The notes: generated by a model from the letters alone, not told the origin. Shown: positions 18,461 to 27,481, counted from the stretch's first letter. The stretch: DNA of 32,000 nt from Prochlorococcus marinus str. NATL2A (GCF_000012465.1 NC_007335.2:930001-962000), one strand, 5' to 3'. Translations and numbers: made by a program.

Positions 18461-19003
18461 TCAAGAGAGAAAGATAGCGACAAGACGAAATAAGAAAGAA
18501 AAGAAAAGAAAAATAATTAATCTAGTGGATCTATATTTTAATTCATTCCAAAAACTTAAATATTTACCTGAATAAACAAATAAAGAAATAAAGGCTAGTC
18601 CAAATGAAATTCGCTCAATCCAAACAAGTGACTTAGATATAGCGATATTTAAGTCATTAATATATAAAGATATAACTACTAATGTAAGAAAAAAAAATAA
18701 TAATAATAATAATATTGATTTTAAACAAATTCCGAAAGTTAAAATAAAAGGATAATTAAGTATGGAAATTCTTTTTTTTATCTCTTTAATATGAGTGTTT
18801 TCTAATCTAAAATACTCAGTTTGAGGGATTCTGAACTTTTTATAGCGATTATGTAACTCTCTTTCTAATTTCACAAAATCAGCAGTATATAATTTAGCAA
18901 CAACGTTATCTGGCTTGAGTTGTCTCATCCTATTCTCAAAGTTTTTTGTTATGCCAATCTTATATAGATCTTTATTTCTTATTAAGTAAAGCCAACCACT
19001 CAT
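18461..19003 (-). CDS. T5orf172 (MUG113, GIY-YIG-related) domain protein fused to a C-terminal ~3-TM membrane region
   Basis: 180 aa. The N-terminal ~80 aa GWLYLIRNKDLYKIGITKNFENRMRQL...LERELHNRYKKFRI..TEYFRL matches the T5orf172 pattern. The C-terminal ~100 aa has three hydrophobic spans (ILLLLLFFFLTLVVISLY, ISFGLAFISLFVY and LIIFLFFSFLFRLVAIFL). Confidence 0.75.
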   Translation of the reverse strand: MSGWLYLIRNKDLYKIGITKNFENRMRQLKPDNVVAKLYTADFVKLERELHNRYKKFRIPQTEYFRLENTHIKEIKKRISILNYPFILTFGICLKSILLLLLFFFLTLVVISLYINDLNIAISKSLVWIERISFGLAFISLFVYSGKYLSFWNELKYRSTRLIIFLFFSFLFRLVAIFLS

Positions 19004-19043
19004 GTCAATTTAAACTATTACTTATTCAAGATTAATAAGTAAA

Positions 19044-20336
19044 TTACGCCGCATCACTTTTTCTAATTGAATTAAATTTTTCTCTCATCGTAGGATTATT
19101 TCTGGTCAATCTTTTAACCGAAACATCTTGTGCTTTATCATTAGCTAATCTAAGGTTTCTATCAGCGCCAAGTAATGCATCTTTGGTTTTTTGCAAGTGA
19201 TTAATAGATTTATCAATCTCCATAATTGCTGTTTCAAAACGTTTTGAAGCTAGAGCATAATTTTTACCAAAAGAATCCTTAAATAGTTCAAGGCTATTTT
19301 CAAAATTTGTAATATCAATATTCTGCTCCTTAATAGCTGCTAGTTCTGATTTATACTCTAGAGCCTTAAGTGAAGCATTCCTTAATAAAGAAATTATTGG
19401 TAAAAAACATTGCGGACGAACAACATACATTTTTGGATACCGATATGAAAAGTCAACAATTCCAGCGTTAAATAAATCATTATCAGATTCTAATAAAGAA
19501 ACTAATACAGCATATTCGCAATTTTTTTCTAAACGATCTTTGTTTAACTCTTTAAGAAAATCCTCATTCTTCTTCTTGCTAGAAGTGCTATCACATTCGT
19601 TCTTCATCTCAAACATAATAGATACTATTTCGTTTCCTTCACTATCACAGTCACGAAAAATGTAATCACCTTTACTACCAAAACTAGCATCATTATCTTT
19701 ATCAAAATAGGCATTAGGAAAGGCTGTCGCCCTTAGTCGATTAAATTCATTTTCGCAATGTTGCTCAAGAGACTCACCAACCATTTTGGTGGACAATTTT
19801 GTTTTCATATCACGAAGTCTCTCAATTAAATCATCTCTATCTTTTAACTGAATTTCATATCTCATTTTTATAGATTTTTCAGATAATTCCTTTTGAAGCT
19901 CGACTTTATCTAAGTTATTTTTGAGTTTTTCATACCCTTCTTTTAATTCAGTAATTGCGTCAGATACAGCAAGTTTTTTATCAAATTCATTCTTTTCTCT
20001 TGTTTTCTCCAATAAATACTCAAGTGAGTCTCTCTCTTTTTCAAAGGCATGCTTAATCTTGTTCACAGTCATAGTTTTTTCAGCCTGGGCAGAAATCAAT
20101 TGAGACTGAAGGCCTTGCATTTTTTTTTCATTTACAAATGCTGCCTCTTGCATTTGTAATCGAAGATTTTGAATAGCAAGATCAACGGATTTCTGTTTAT
20201 CCCTTTCAAGAATTACAAGTCTTTTCTTCATTTCATCTTCAAACTCCTGATCTCTCACCTGCTTAATAATATTTGAGTAACTATCTTCATCAATGCTGAT
20301 CGTACTACCACATTCAGGACATTTGATTTCATTCAT
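19044..20336 (-). CDS. DUF2130-family protein: N-terminal CxxC, long coiled coil, PD-(D/E)xK-like core (RmuC-like architecture)
   Basis: 430 aa. It begins [33 protein letters not shown], followed by ~150 aa of heptad-like E/K/L-rich sequence. Then [12 protein letters not shown]...KGDYIFRD...[10 protein letters not shown] gives an E...D...ExK arrangement. A second helical region follows. Confidence 0.85.
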   Translation of the reverse strand: MNEIKCPECGSTISIDEDSYSNIIKQVRDQEFEDEMKKRLVILERDKQKSVDLAIQNLRLQMQEAAFVNEKKMQGLQSQLISAQAEKTMTVNKIKHAFEKERDSLEYLLEKTREKNEFDKKLAVSDAITELKEGYEKLKNNLDKVELQKELSEKSIKMRYEIQLKDRDDLIERLRDMKTKLSTKMVGESLEQHCENEFNRLRATAFPNAYFDKDNDASFGSKGDYIFRDCDSEGNEIVSIMFEMKNECDSTSSKKKNEDFLKELNKDRLEKNCEYAVLVSLLESDNDLFNAGIVDFSYRYPKMYVVRPQCFLPIISLLRNASLKALEYKSELAAIKEQNIDITNFENSLELFKDSFGKNYALASKRFETAIMEIDKSINHLQKTKDALLGADRNLRLANDKAQDVSVKRLTRNNPTMREKFNSIRKSDAA

Positions 20337-20941
20337 AACTGATCAAAAGAGACACACAATCTATTTTCTCTTTTTATCTTGTTTCGCTTCAACAAGCAAG
20401 AATTATGTTAAACCCAAAAGCCAGTAATCCAAAGGGATGAGGTTAAGGCTGGATAGTTAGAGAAAGAAGAAATCAGATTAGATTATTCTTTTGATCTTGG
20501 GTAGATTCTAGATAAATCTCCTTTATTTGACTTAATAGCCGAAGATTTCCACTCGTACCATTTTTATATTTCTTGAATAGTCTTCCTCCTCCCAAATCTG
20601 ATTTTGAAATATCAAGATTCCACAAAGTATAAAAAAAATGAGAACACCCAAAAAGATATGCCAATCAAACATTATTGATGCATTTGAATAACGAACATAG
20701 GCTATGACTTTCAACATAATGTCCCTTATGAACGCATCCGTCCAAAAACTTGATAAATACTAAAGTACTTTTAGTACAAGTGAGGTTTTTCACCAGAACC
20801 TCATTAAAAGCTTAAAGGTGATTAATTATATAGTTATTAAAAATTTGAAAAATCTTATTTTGTTTGAGCAATAATTTTTACTACACAATATATCTTTATA
20901 TACAAAATAAAATAAAATTGAGAAGTATTGAATACAACAAA

Positions 20942-21109
20942 ATGACATTACTGAACTTTGCTCTTGCTCACTCAGAGCTAGGCATAAGCCATTTTACAAC
21001 AGATTTAATCCTTGTTCTTTCTTTCGCAATAGTAACAGCACTTCCAATGTCTTTATTACGACCTCAGATACAAGAGGAGAATGTCAAGAGCAACGTTTTC
21101 AAAAGCTGA
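20942..21109 (+). CDS. Possible 55-aa membrane protein
   Basis: First ATG inside the TTG-started track ORF 20864..21109: MTLLNFALAHSELGISHFTTDLILVLSFAIVTALPMSLLRPQIQEENVKSNVFKS. Confidence 0.35.
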   Translation: MTLLNFALAHSELGISHFTTDLILVLSFAIVTALPMSLLRPQIQEENVKSNVFKS

Positions 21110-21397
21110 AGCTAAGGATTTTATTCGTTTATAAGTATCAATAAGTCGTCAACTAAAAGCATACGATAATATAAATCAATATATAAATTATTATGTTAAT
21201 AGACAATTTATTTTTTTATATTGTCTCTAATGGCAATAAAGATCAGTAGACCATTAATATAGAATTTATACAAAGCCCAAAAGATATTATTAAAAAATAT
21301 GTTTACTGCTTATTTTTGAGTCATGATCTGAAATTATTTTCTTTTTTGACACGTTTAAGACTAAGTGTATGTACAATACTAAAACTATAAATCAATC

Positions 21398-21799
21398 ATG
21401 TCAGATAAAAGTTTATTTATATATGATGGTGAATGCCCATTTTGCAATCACTTTGCACAATTAATTGAATTAAAAAGCAGTCTGCCTGAATTCGAAATAA
21501 TAGATGGAAGAAAAAATCTAGCCCTATTAACTCAACTCTATAACCAAGGATATGATTTGAATAAAGGAGCAATTCTAATCAGCGATGAAAATATCATGCA
21601 TGGTGCTGATGCGATTAATTGGATTTGCTCTGAGATCAAGGAGCCTAGCGATTCACTGTTAGAAGTACTCAGGATTATTTTCACGTCTAACAGGATGACT
21701 AATTTTTTATTCCCATTCCTTTTATGGGGAAGAAGATTTTCACTGACATTAAAAGGAAAGGTATGGCATCCAGTCAGCGGAAATCATCAATTTTTCTGA
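21398..21799 (+). CDS. DCC-family thiol-disulfide oxidoreductase (DUF393)
   Basis: 133 aa. The N-terminal IYDGECPFCN CxxC motif and the overall size are characteristic of DUF393/DCC proteins. Confidence 0.8.
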   Translation: MSDKSLFIYDGECPFCNHFAQLIELKSSLPEFEIIDGRKNLALLTQLYNQGYDLNKGAILISDENIMHGADAINWICSEIKEPSDSLLEVLRIIFTSNRMTNFLFPFLLWGRRFSLTLKGKVWHPVSGNHQFF

Positions 21800-22062
21800 A
21801 GTAGTCACGCAAACTGAATTCATAATTCTAAGTTGAGCAAATATTAAAACTTTAATAGTTTGAGAATAATAACCAATAGGACGAATTAGACGTAAAAATT
21901 AATTGATGCAATAGCTAAGACTTATCTCAAATACATTCATCAATTTTGGCGAACACTTTGCATTTTATATTCCATTTGTAACATCAGTTGATGAGAGGAT
22001 AGATCCAATACCTCGGAGGAGTTTAAATATGTAAAATAAGATTTAAAGTAACTAAGCAACAT

Positions 22063-22167
22063 ATGCTTATAGAAATCCTTGGGAGTAGTAGTTCATTACT
22101 AGTTATTGTTTTGATTGGTTTATCCATATATTTTGGAATCCAAGCTCAAACAAGAAAAATAAAATGA
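22063..22167 (+). CDS. Possible 34-aa single-TM micro-protein
   Basis: Hand-found: MLIEILGSSSSLLVIVLIGLSIYFGIQAQTRKIK. Very short. Confidence 0.25.
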   Translation: MLIEILGSSSSLLVIVLIGLSIYFGIQAQTRKIK

Positions 22168-22241
22168 TGGTTAGTTATTTGAATAATTACGAAGGAATCT
22201 AACCAACCAGTATGGATACCCAAAAAAAATTTAAAGTTAAC

Positions 22242-22457
22242 TTATTCATATAGATGCTTTTTAACTTTCTCAAGACTAAGGCCCCTCTTACGCTCAATAC
22301 TTGAAATAGGTATCCAACTCCAATTCAAAAAAAGAGTAAGCATTGCAGCAACAAAAATAGACAATGGTAAAACGAGCTCAATAAAAAAATGTCGAATGAG
22401 ATAAACCATTAAGTCTGAAGTATTAGTAACAATTTCGTTATAAAGGGGATCAAACAA
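22242..22457 (-). CDS. Hypothetical 71-aa membrane protein
   Basis: Track ORF with one TM helix (FFIELVLPLSIFVAAMLTLFL). Confidence 0.4.
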   Translation of the reverse strand: MFDPLYNEIVTNTSDLMVYLIRHFFIELVLPLSIFVAAMLTLFLNWSWIPISSIERKRGLSLEKVKKHLYE

Positions 22458-22925
22458 GAATTAAAAATACGTACGAGGTAATAAGGATAACGAAATTAGA
22501 TATCAGAATGTGAATATAACTAATTAGAGACAAGATAAAAAAGATTTTATACCTGATCATGCAAAAGGGCCATATCCAGAGAATTGAGCGCTAGACAAGG
22601 GTTAATTTCAAACGGACTCGATCATGAGTAATAAATGCCCTAGATTTTCTAATGACAAAATCGTCAAATGAAAAAACTTTCATAATTAAAATTCTCTAGA
22701 GAAAGAAACTAGAAAATACAAAAAACATATTAAATTCTAAATGGTTTATGCAATTATATTTGAGAAAAAATTTTTTTTAGCTAAAAGTCAAAAAAAAGAG
22801 GCGTAAGAAGGAAGAATCCTCTAAGTACAAAACGGAAAATGCTGTAAAAAAGGGACGAGAGATCTCGCTAGGTAAATAAAATATAGATGAGCAATCAGAC
22901 AAATTTAACTAGAAAAATTTAGCAA

Positions 22926-22960
22926 ATAAAAAAGCCGAGAGGCAGATATGCTTCTCGGCT
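22926..22960 (-). terminator. Rho-independent terminator downstream of the AbrB-like gene
   Basis: On the minus strand it reads AGCCGAGAAGCATATCTGCCTCTCGGCTTTTTTATTTGC. That is an 8-9 bp GC-rich stem (AGCCGAGA / TCTCGGCT) followed by T6, about 34 nt after the stop at 22994. Confidence 0.75.
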
Positions 22961-22993
22961 AAATCTAAATGATTTGATTCAGTTTTTTAAAGA

Positions 22994-23350
22994 TTAACCT
23001 TCTCCTTCTGGAACCAAACGGAAACCTTTACGTCCCATCTTAATCTCAAAATTATCACCAGGTTTGAGATCTAAAAGAGCTGTATAGGCCTTTCCTATCA
23101 ATAGGTTTCCATTTCCTTGGACGGTAGCCACATAACTAAGCTTTCTACCACCTTTACCAATACCACCAGCACTTTCAGCTGCTAGGTTTACACCTTTAGC
23201 TTCTAGAAGTGCTTCATAAAAAGCAGTATAATTAAGACGTTCTCCGCCTCCTTTCTTTGTGGAAACATATCCACAAGCTTTAACAAGATCAGATTTTGAG
23301 ACATCTCCCAAGTCTTTGACCTTGGCTAATAAATCCTTACCAGTGAGCAT
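22994..23350 (-). CDS. Cyanobacterial AbrB-family (CyAbrB) DNA-binding regulator
   Basis: 118 aa. The N-terminal MLTGKDLLAKVKDLGDVSKSDLVKACGY region and the C-terminal SpoVT/AbrB-like GNLLIGKAYTALLDLKPGDNFEIKMGRKGFRLVP are typical of CyAbrB proteins. The gene is visibly GC-richer than its surroundings and has its own strong terminator. Confidence 0.85.
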   Translation of the reverse strand: MLTGKDLLAKVKDLGDVSKSDLVKACGYVSTKKGGGERLNYTAFYEALLEAKGVNLAAESAGGIGKGGRKLSYVATVQGNGNLLIGKAYTALLDLKPGDNFEIKMGRKGFRLVPEGEG

Positions 23351-23990
23351 GATAAATAAATGGTTGTACTTATAATACTAACTTATAATTAACAAACTTA
23401 CAATATTTACATTAGTCCTAGACATTAAAGCTAAAAAAAATGGGAACGGAAGCTACTAGATTAAACTCAGGAATTCAAGGTTATAGGGAAAATTATTCAT
23501 GGTTAAGACAATTGATTTATAGGAAAAGTCCTTTTTGGCATGTTCTAATATGAATGATTTGAAAGATCATTTAGCTGTTAGAAAACGCTCAATCGCAAGC
23601 AATAGCAGGATATATTTATAAAATAAGGAGAAATCTATGCATCCTTAAAGACTGCTAAGAGCAATTTGAAAAGTTCATATAATCAAATCGTTCAATATAT
23701 AAAGCTTTATTTTTGAATGTTTGTTAAAGCGTGAATCAGAAAAAATTACTTATTACAACAAAAAATTAATATCTCTTAAAACCGCTCTGATTTGAACTGC
23801 ATCTATATACATCCTTTAGCATTTACTGGATTATTAGGTATTCTATTAAATTGCTAGTATCGACAAGAAATAATTACTTTGAACCTTACCTTTAGATTTA
23901 TTATTCATATCAAATCAGACGAAGAGCTATAGATCGTAATTTTTTTAAAATGGATGGAAATCAAATCTTCTAAAAATAATCGCACAAACT

Positions 23991-24236
23991 TTATTGAATA
24001 TTCGACTTGAATTTGGGTTCAAATACAGCACCATTGCATATCATCACAGATAAAACTTCCTTACTCTCATCATTCATTTTCTCGACAGCTTTTACTTTAC
24101 TCAAGGTCTCCGATGTTTTTCTTAAGCATCGATTCCAGCTTGATGCTTGCCTAGAAATAGGGAATAATAGAATTGATATTGTGGTAAAACCCACAGACAG
24201 AAGTACTAAATAAATTTTAAAGATAAAATTATTCAT
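23991..24236 (-). CDS. Hypothetical 81-aa secreted or membrane-anchored protein
   Basis: N-terminal signal-like FIFKIYLVLLSVGFTTISILLFPI. Preferred over the antisense ORF 24007..24213. Confidence 0.4.
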   Translation of the reverse strand: MNNFIFKIYLVLLSVGFTTISILLFPISRQASSWNRCLRKTSETLSKVKAVEKMNDESKEVLSVMICNGAVFEPKFKSNIQ

Positions 24237-24391
24237 TACTCCAACAAAAAAAACAATAGATATATTCTATTCAAATAGATTAGGGAATACCTATACTTAC
24301 TATCTCCCGTTAAACAATTTTGTCAGCTTTATGGATAAAAAAAAAGATCAACCCTAAATCAATATAAAAAATATTGCCATTATCTTTTATA

Positions 24392-24577
24392 TTAGAATTT
24401 TGAAGATGAATCGGCCCACTTACCAACAGCGAATTCAAGAAATCGATCAACATCATCATTAGGGCAGCCGGTCTTACTTTTTAATTCCTTACATGCGAAA
24501 GAAATTCTTTCAAAACAAAGTTTGACATCCGCATTTGCCTCTATTGCTTCAAACATTTGCTTGTCAGTAAAGGGCAT
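24392..24577 (-). CDS. 61-aa protein, member 3 of the small-protein family (L-K-x2-T-x-C motif)
   Basis: ISFACKELKSKTGCPNDDVDRFLEFAV aligns without gaps to the ORFs at 7192, 13340 and 31821. Confidence 0.5.
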   Translation of the reverse strand: MPFTDKQMFEAIEANADVKLCFERISFACKELKSKTGCPNDDVDRFLEFAVGKWADSSSKF

Positions 24578-24712
24578 ATTAAGAATAGGCGCAATTCAAT
24601 AAAGAATATTTTGATTGAGCTTATTTGGCAATCTAAATAACGATAATTAAATCGTGACAAATAAAAAGCTAGAACATGTTCAAATCTACTATCAAAATAA
24701 ATAATCAGACAT

Positions 24713-25345
24713 TTATCTAGTTAAAGCCAAAGCCCAATTGGGAGAGGAAGGACTAGAGCCCAAAAAATTCTTAGTCAAAGAGGAATTGCATTTAGCAACG
24801 ATTCCATTGGTAGGAAGATTTGAAAACAATTCATTCTTGATCCATTGAGAATGCCATCTTTTGACTTGCCTAGGATCATCAGTTCTTAGAGTTATGGGGA
24901 CCTCGAATCCCCAGTTTTGAAGTTGGGTCAAATCTGACAACTCATCACTTTTAGAGCAAAAAATTTGGAATGCTTTAAATAAAATTGAGGTACTATTGTC
25001 AATTTCCGAGAATGAGTTCGAAAGCAATTGCTCTATCGAGATCTTTGAATTAGAAAAAGGTGTATATAAAACTCCCTCCAACTCAACTTCAACTTTTAGA
25101 GAGTCATCAATACTCAAAGGAATAGAATTAATATTCCTAATGTTTTCAATAATCTCACTATCGTCACGAGTATAGGCATCTACTAATTGTCCATATTTGT
25201 ATCTAAGTCCTATTGCACACCCATCGATTTTAGGCTGCACAACCATGGTTGATCCCTCTGGTAACTTTGCCCACCAGCTAGAGAAGCAATCCTTATCAAG
25301 TCCAAGTAATCTCATATCTATATCAATAGGAAGATGTCGAGCCAA
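24713..25345 (-). CDS. Stand-alone LigA-type (NAD-dependent DNA ligase) adenylation/nucleotidyltransferase-domain protein, paralogue 1
   Basis: 210 aa. Colinear by eye with the E. coli LigA NTase domain: PKIDGCAIGLRY (motif I KxDG), TRDD (TRGDG), NIRNINSIPLSI (NVRTIRAIPLKL), VELEGVLY (LEVRGEVF), LQNWGFEV (FKKWGLPV), TNGIVAKCNS (DGVVIKVNS) and SPNWALAL (APRWAVAFKF). No Ia, OB, Zn, HhH or BRCT parts are present. Confidence 0.75.
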   Translation of the reverse strand: MARHLPIDIDMRLLGLDKDCFSSWWAKLPEGSTMVVQPKIDGCAIGLRYKYGQLVDAYTRDDSEIIENIRNINSIPLSIDDSLKVEVELEGVLYTPFSNSKISIEQLLSNSFSEIDNSTSILFKAFQIFCSKSDELSDLTQLQNWGFEVPITLRTDDPRQVKRWHSQWIKNELFSNLPTNGIVAKCNSSLTKNFLGSSPSSPNWALALTR

Positions 25346-25714
25346 GTCGCTTCATTAACTTCTTTTCTTAAGAAATCAATTAAACAAAAAGAGGTGCTTA
25401 CATATCAACAAAAAAAATTTTATAAGGAAAATGAAAGAGTAATCAATATAAATTTCCAATAATACGGAAAATATCCCAAGAAGTGTTTAAAAGGACGTCT
25501 CAATAAATTAAATAGATGAATTAAAATGATTCACTTGGATAGGACAAGAGAACATTTTTGTATGGTTGATATATTTTCAAATTTAGCAGACAAAACAATA
25601 ATTTTAGAAATTGAATAAATCATCATCGAATAGAAATTATTTAAGCAACTACAGTATTTATTCTCATGTCTACATGGTTTCAATACCATAAATTAAAAAA
25701 ACATATCTTTTTAA

Positions 25715-25969
25715 ATGACCATACAAGAGAAATATCCTGAGAATATTCCATGGGATTTAACAACTATCGATCAAAGTAACTACAAATCAATTCAATGGAT
25801 GCTATCCAAGGCAGACATCGTTTATACATTCACAAGGAGTCGTATAGACAATAATTATGTCTACATACAAAAAAATGGTGGTAAAAGAAAGGCATATAAA
25901 GAATATGAAGCTAGATTTACTTACCAAAGATTGTTTGACGAGGGATATTCATTAGCTGCCTTTTCCTGA
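25715..25969 (+). CDS. Hypothetical 84-aa protein, tandem paralogue 1
   Basis: Shares EKYPE..PWDL...and AR(F/L)TYQ(R/Q)L(F/L)D(E/K)G(Y/F) with the equally long ORF 26037..26291. Confidence 0.5.
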   Translation: MTIQEKYPENIPWDLTTIDQSNYKSIQWMLSKADIVYTFTRSRIDNNYVYIQKNGGKRKAYKEYEARFTYQRLFDEGYSLAAFS

Positions 25970-26036
25970 TTAAAGAACTAATTCTTGACGTTGAAGAGCA
26001 TAAGTGTAGGCTTAAAGAAATAGTTACTTTTAATAC

Positions 26037-26291
26037 ATGCCAAGGGTAAAAAGAGAAAAGTATCCAGAGAAGGCTCCATGGGATTTAGGACCATTATCTG
26101 AGCATAAGAATCAGGAAAATTGGAGACTAGTAAGAGGATCTGAAGTTGTCATTTTTGCTAGGAAAGGAGAGGACAACCATTTTTTTATCATGCAAAGAGA
26201 CGACAAAGAACCTATTCAGATCCTTGCGTTTCAAGCAAGACTTACATATCAACAACTTTTAGATAAAGGTTTCAAACTTGAAGTTTCATAA
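26037..26291 (+). CDS. Hypothetical 84-aa protein, tandem paralogue 2
   Basis: See 25715..25969. Same length, same strand, 67 nt apart. Confidence 0.5.
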   Translation: MPRVKREKYPEKAPWDLGPLSEHKNQENWRLVRGSEVVIFARKGEDNHFFIMQRDDKEPIQILAFQARLTYQQLLDKGFKLEVS

Positions 26292-26320
26292 ATTTTTCGT
26301 TAGAAAAAAATTAAAATATC

Positions 26321-26521
26321 ATGACTGAGTTAGAGGAACTAGAAGACATAGTTGGAAGTTTAGAAAGCATAGAGCCATTTGGAATAGAACCAGACTTCAG
26401 TTCTTTAGGTCTAGAACCAGCGGATGTATTGGGATTTCAAACTGAAGAAGAATTAGAAAACGCTATTAATTTGCTAACAATGGAAGTCAATCTTAGTAGT
26501 TTTCTATTGTTTGATAGTTAA
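26321..26521 (+). CDS. Hypothetical very acidic 66-aa protein
   Basis: Starts 29 nt after the preceding ORF. Extremely Glu/Asp/Leu-rich (MTELEELEDIVGSLESIEPFGIEPDF...). Confidence 0.4.
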   Translation: MTELEELEDIVGSLESIEPFGIEPDFSSLGLEPADVLGFQTEEELENAINLLTMEVNLSSFLLFDS

Positions 26522-26676
26522 TAGACATAAAACTTTCTAAGATGCGTTGAACTAAGGCTAAATAGTTTAAAATTAACGAATAATTTAGAGAAGTATTTCT
26601 TCAATAAGATCAGACTGCGATTCAACTACAGGGAAGACCAAATAGACCACAAAAGAGTAATTGTGATGTAGAAAAT

Positions 26677-26799
26677 TCAAGACTTCAAACTCTGAAGTTT
26701 ATCAAAACATTGCTTGCAGATAATTAACCCTTTTCTTCGCCACAAAGTTTCAGATGATTTTTTTTTGCATAATTGACAATGAACCAATTGAGTCTCCAT
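26677..26799 (-). CDS. Possible 40-aa zinc-ribbon micro-protein
   Basis: Hand-found: METQLVHCQLCKKKSSETLWRRKGLIICKQCFDKLQSLKS. It has CxxC-x17-CxxC spacing and sits on the same strand downstream of the hli cluster. Confidence 0.35.
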   Translation of the reverse strand: METQLVHCQLCKKKSSETLWRRKGLIICKQCFDKLQSLKS

Positions 26800-26818
26800 T
26801 GTCAGATCTTATCAATGC

Positions 26819-26929
26819 TTATGCCCAATCAGTATCTTCTAAGAGACAAGAATAATCTGAGCAATCGAAGAAAGTATCTTCATTAAGTAGATCGTCTACT
26901 TCTGCACGAATCCAATAACTAAAGGACAT
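26819..26929 (-). CDS. Possible 36-aa acidic micro-protein
   Basis: Hand-found: MSFSYWIRAEVDDLLNEDTFFDCSDYSCLLEDTDWA. It starts 18 nt after the stop of the last hli gene. Confidence 0.3.
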   Translation of the reverse strand: MSFSYWIRAEVDDLLNEDTFFDCSDYSCLLEDTDWA

Positions 26930-26947
26930 TTCAATAATAGAGTAAGT

Positions 26948-27067
26948 TTAAACGAAACCTGGAATAATCCAGCCTGTGAATCCGTAGTTAACTACAGCTG
27001 CTAGAAGGCCCATCATCGCAAGACGACCATTCATTATTTCAGCTGTCTTCCAGTAATTGTTTTCCAT
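26948..27067 (-). CDS. hli: High-light-inducible protein (HLIP, one-helix CAB-like), 39 aa
   Basis: Hand-translated and absent from the track: MENNYWKTAEIMNGRLAMMGLLAAVVNYGFTGWIIPGFV. Canonical ExxNGRxAM chlorophyll-binding motif. Its ATG overlaps the stop of the upstream hli gene (TAATG). Confidence 0.85.
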   Translation of the reverse strand: MENNYWKTAEIMNGRLAMMGLLAAVVNYGFTGWIIPGFV

Positions 27068-27216
27068 TAAACAAAACCTGGAATGATTTGACCTGTTGTT
27101 GCATAAGCACCAACTAGAGCAATGCATCCAAACAATGCTGCATAGCCGTTAAGTCTTTCTGCAGTTACCTTTTCAGGATCAATGTTTCTTCTGTTGTTGT
27201 TGTTTTGAGTAGTCAT
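27067..27216 (-). CDS. hli: High-light-inducible protein, 49 aa
   Basis: MTTQNNNNRRNIDPEKVTAERLNGYAALFGCIALVGAYATTGQIIPGFV. The track ORF 27067..27276 over-extends into the upstream hli gene. The MTTQ start coincides with a TAATG overlap. Confidence 0.85.
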   Translation of the reverse strand: MTTQNNNNRRNIDPEKVTAERLNGYAALFGCIALVGAYATTGQIIPGFV

Positions 27217-27362
27217 TAAACAATACCTGGGATAATTTGACCTGTTGTTAGATATGCACCGATGAGTGCCCAGCATCCAACAAAAGCTGCGTAGCCATTG
27301 AGTCTTTCTGCAATGACTTTGCCTTCTTCTACTCTTGGAGTTTCAGTCGTTTGGTTTTTCAT
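27216..27362 (-). CDS. hli: High-light-inducible protein, 48 aa
   Basis: Hand-translated: MKNQTTETPRVEEGKVIAERLNGYAAFVGCWALIGAYLTTGQIIPGIV. TAATG overlaps occur at both ends. Confidence 0.85.
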   Translation of the reverse strand: MKNQTTETPRVEEGKVIAERLNGYAAFVGCWALIGAYLTTGQIIPGIV

Positions 27363-27481
27363 TAAACAACACCTGGGATAAGTTGACCGGTTGTTAGGTA
27401 GATACCTGTTAGAAGAACGAATGCCATCATGGCTGGTCTGCCGATGCTTCTTTCTAGGATTGTTTTGTTAGATGGTTGCAT
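27362..27481 (-). CDS. hli: High-light-inducible protein, 39 aa
   Basis: Hand-translated: MQPSNKTILERSIGRPAMMAFVLLTGIYLTTGQLIPGVV. The motif is ExxxGRxAM (Asn replaced by Ile). Confidence 0.8.
   Translation of the reverse strand: MQPSNKTILERSIGRPAMMAFVLLTGIYLTTGQLIPGVV

Noticed and set aside
19921-20103. 60-aa plus-strand ORF
   Set aside because: It is antisense within the coiled-coil region of DUF2130. The product is Ser/Phe-rich low complexity.
20473-20717. Two overlapping minus-strand ORFs (63 and 61 aa)
   Set aside because: They are in different frames and exclude each other. Only the second has a TM-like helix, and the evidence is too weak to report either as a feature.
20764-20777. 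AGTAC-N4-AGTAC, reminiscent of a cyanobacterial LexA box
   Set aside because: The spacing does not fit RGTAC-N3-DGTWCB, and no SOS-type gene is adjacent.
20781-20803. 7-bp stem hairpin TGAGGTT-N9-AACCTCA in a gene-poor stretch (possible sRNA or terminator)
   Set aside because: There is no U-tract on either strand, no recognisable Yfr-type motif and no adjacent promoter that I can support.
23397-23414. CTTACAAT-A-TTTACATT, an HLR1-like direct repeat about 47-64 nt upstream of the AbrB-like gene (on the opposite strand)
   Set aside because: The TTACA cores are 9 nt apart, not the canonical 10, and the first position deviates. In DNA this AT-rich, that is within chance expectation. It would only be worth checking if a genome-wide HLR1 scan is run.
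24007-24213. 68-aa plus-strand ORF
   Set aside because: It is antisense to 23991..24236, which has a signal-peptide-like N-terminus. Neither call is strong.
27217-27276. N-terminal 20-aa extension of track ORF 27067..27276 (MLGTHRCISNNRSNYPRYCL)
   Set aside because: The extension is an out-of-frame read-through across the 3' end of the upstream hli gene. The MTTQ start sits exactly at a TAATG junction, as at the neighbouring junctions.
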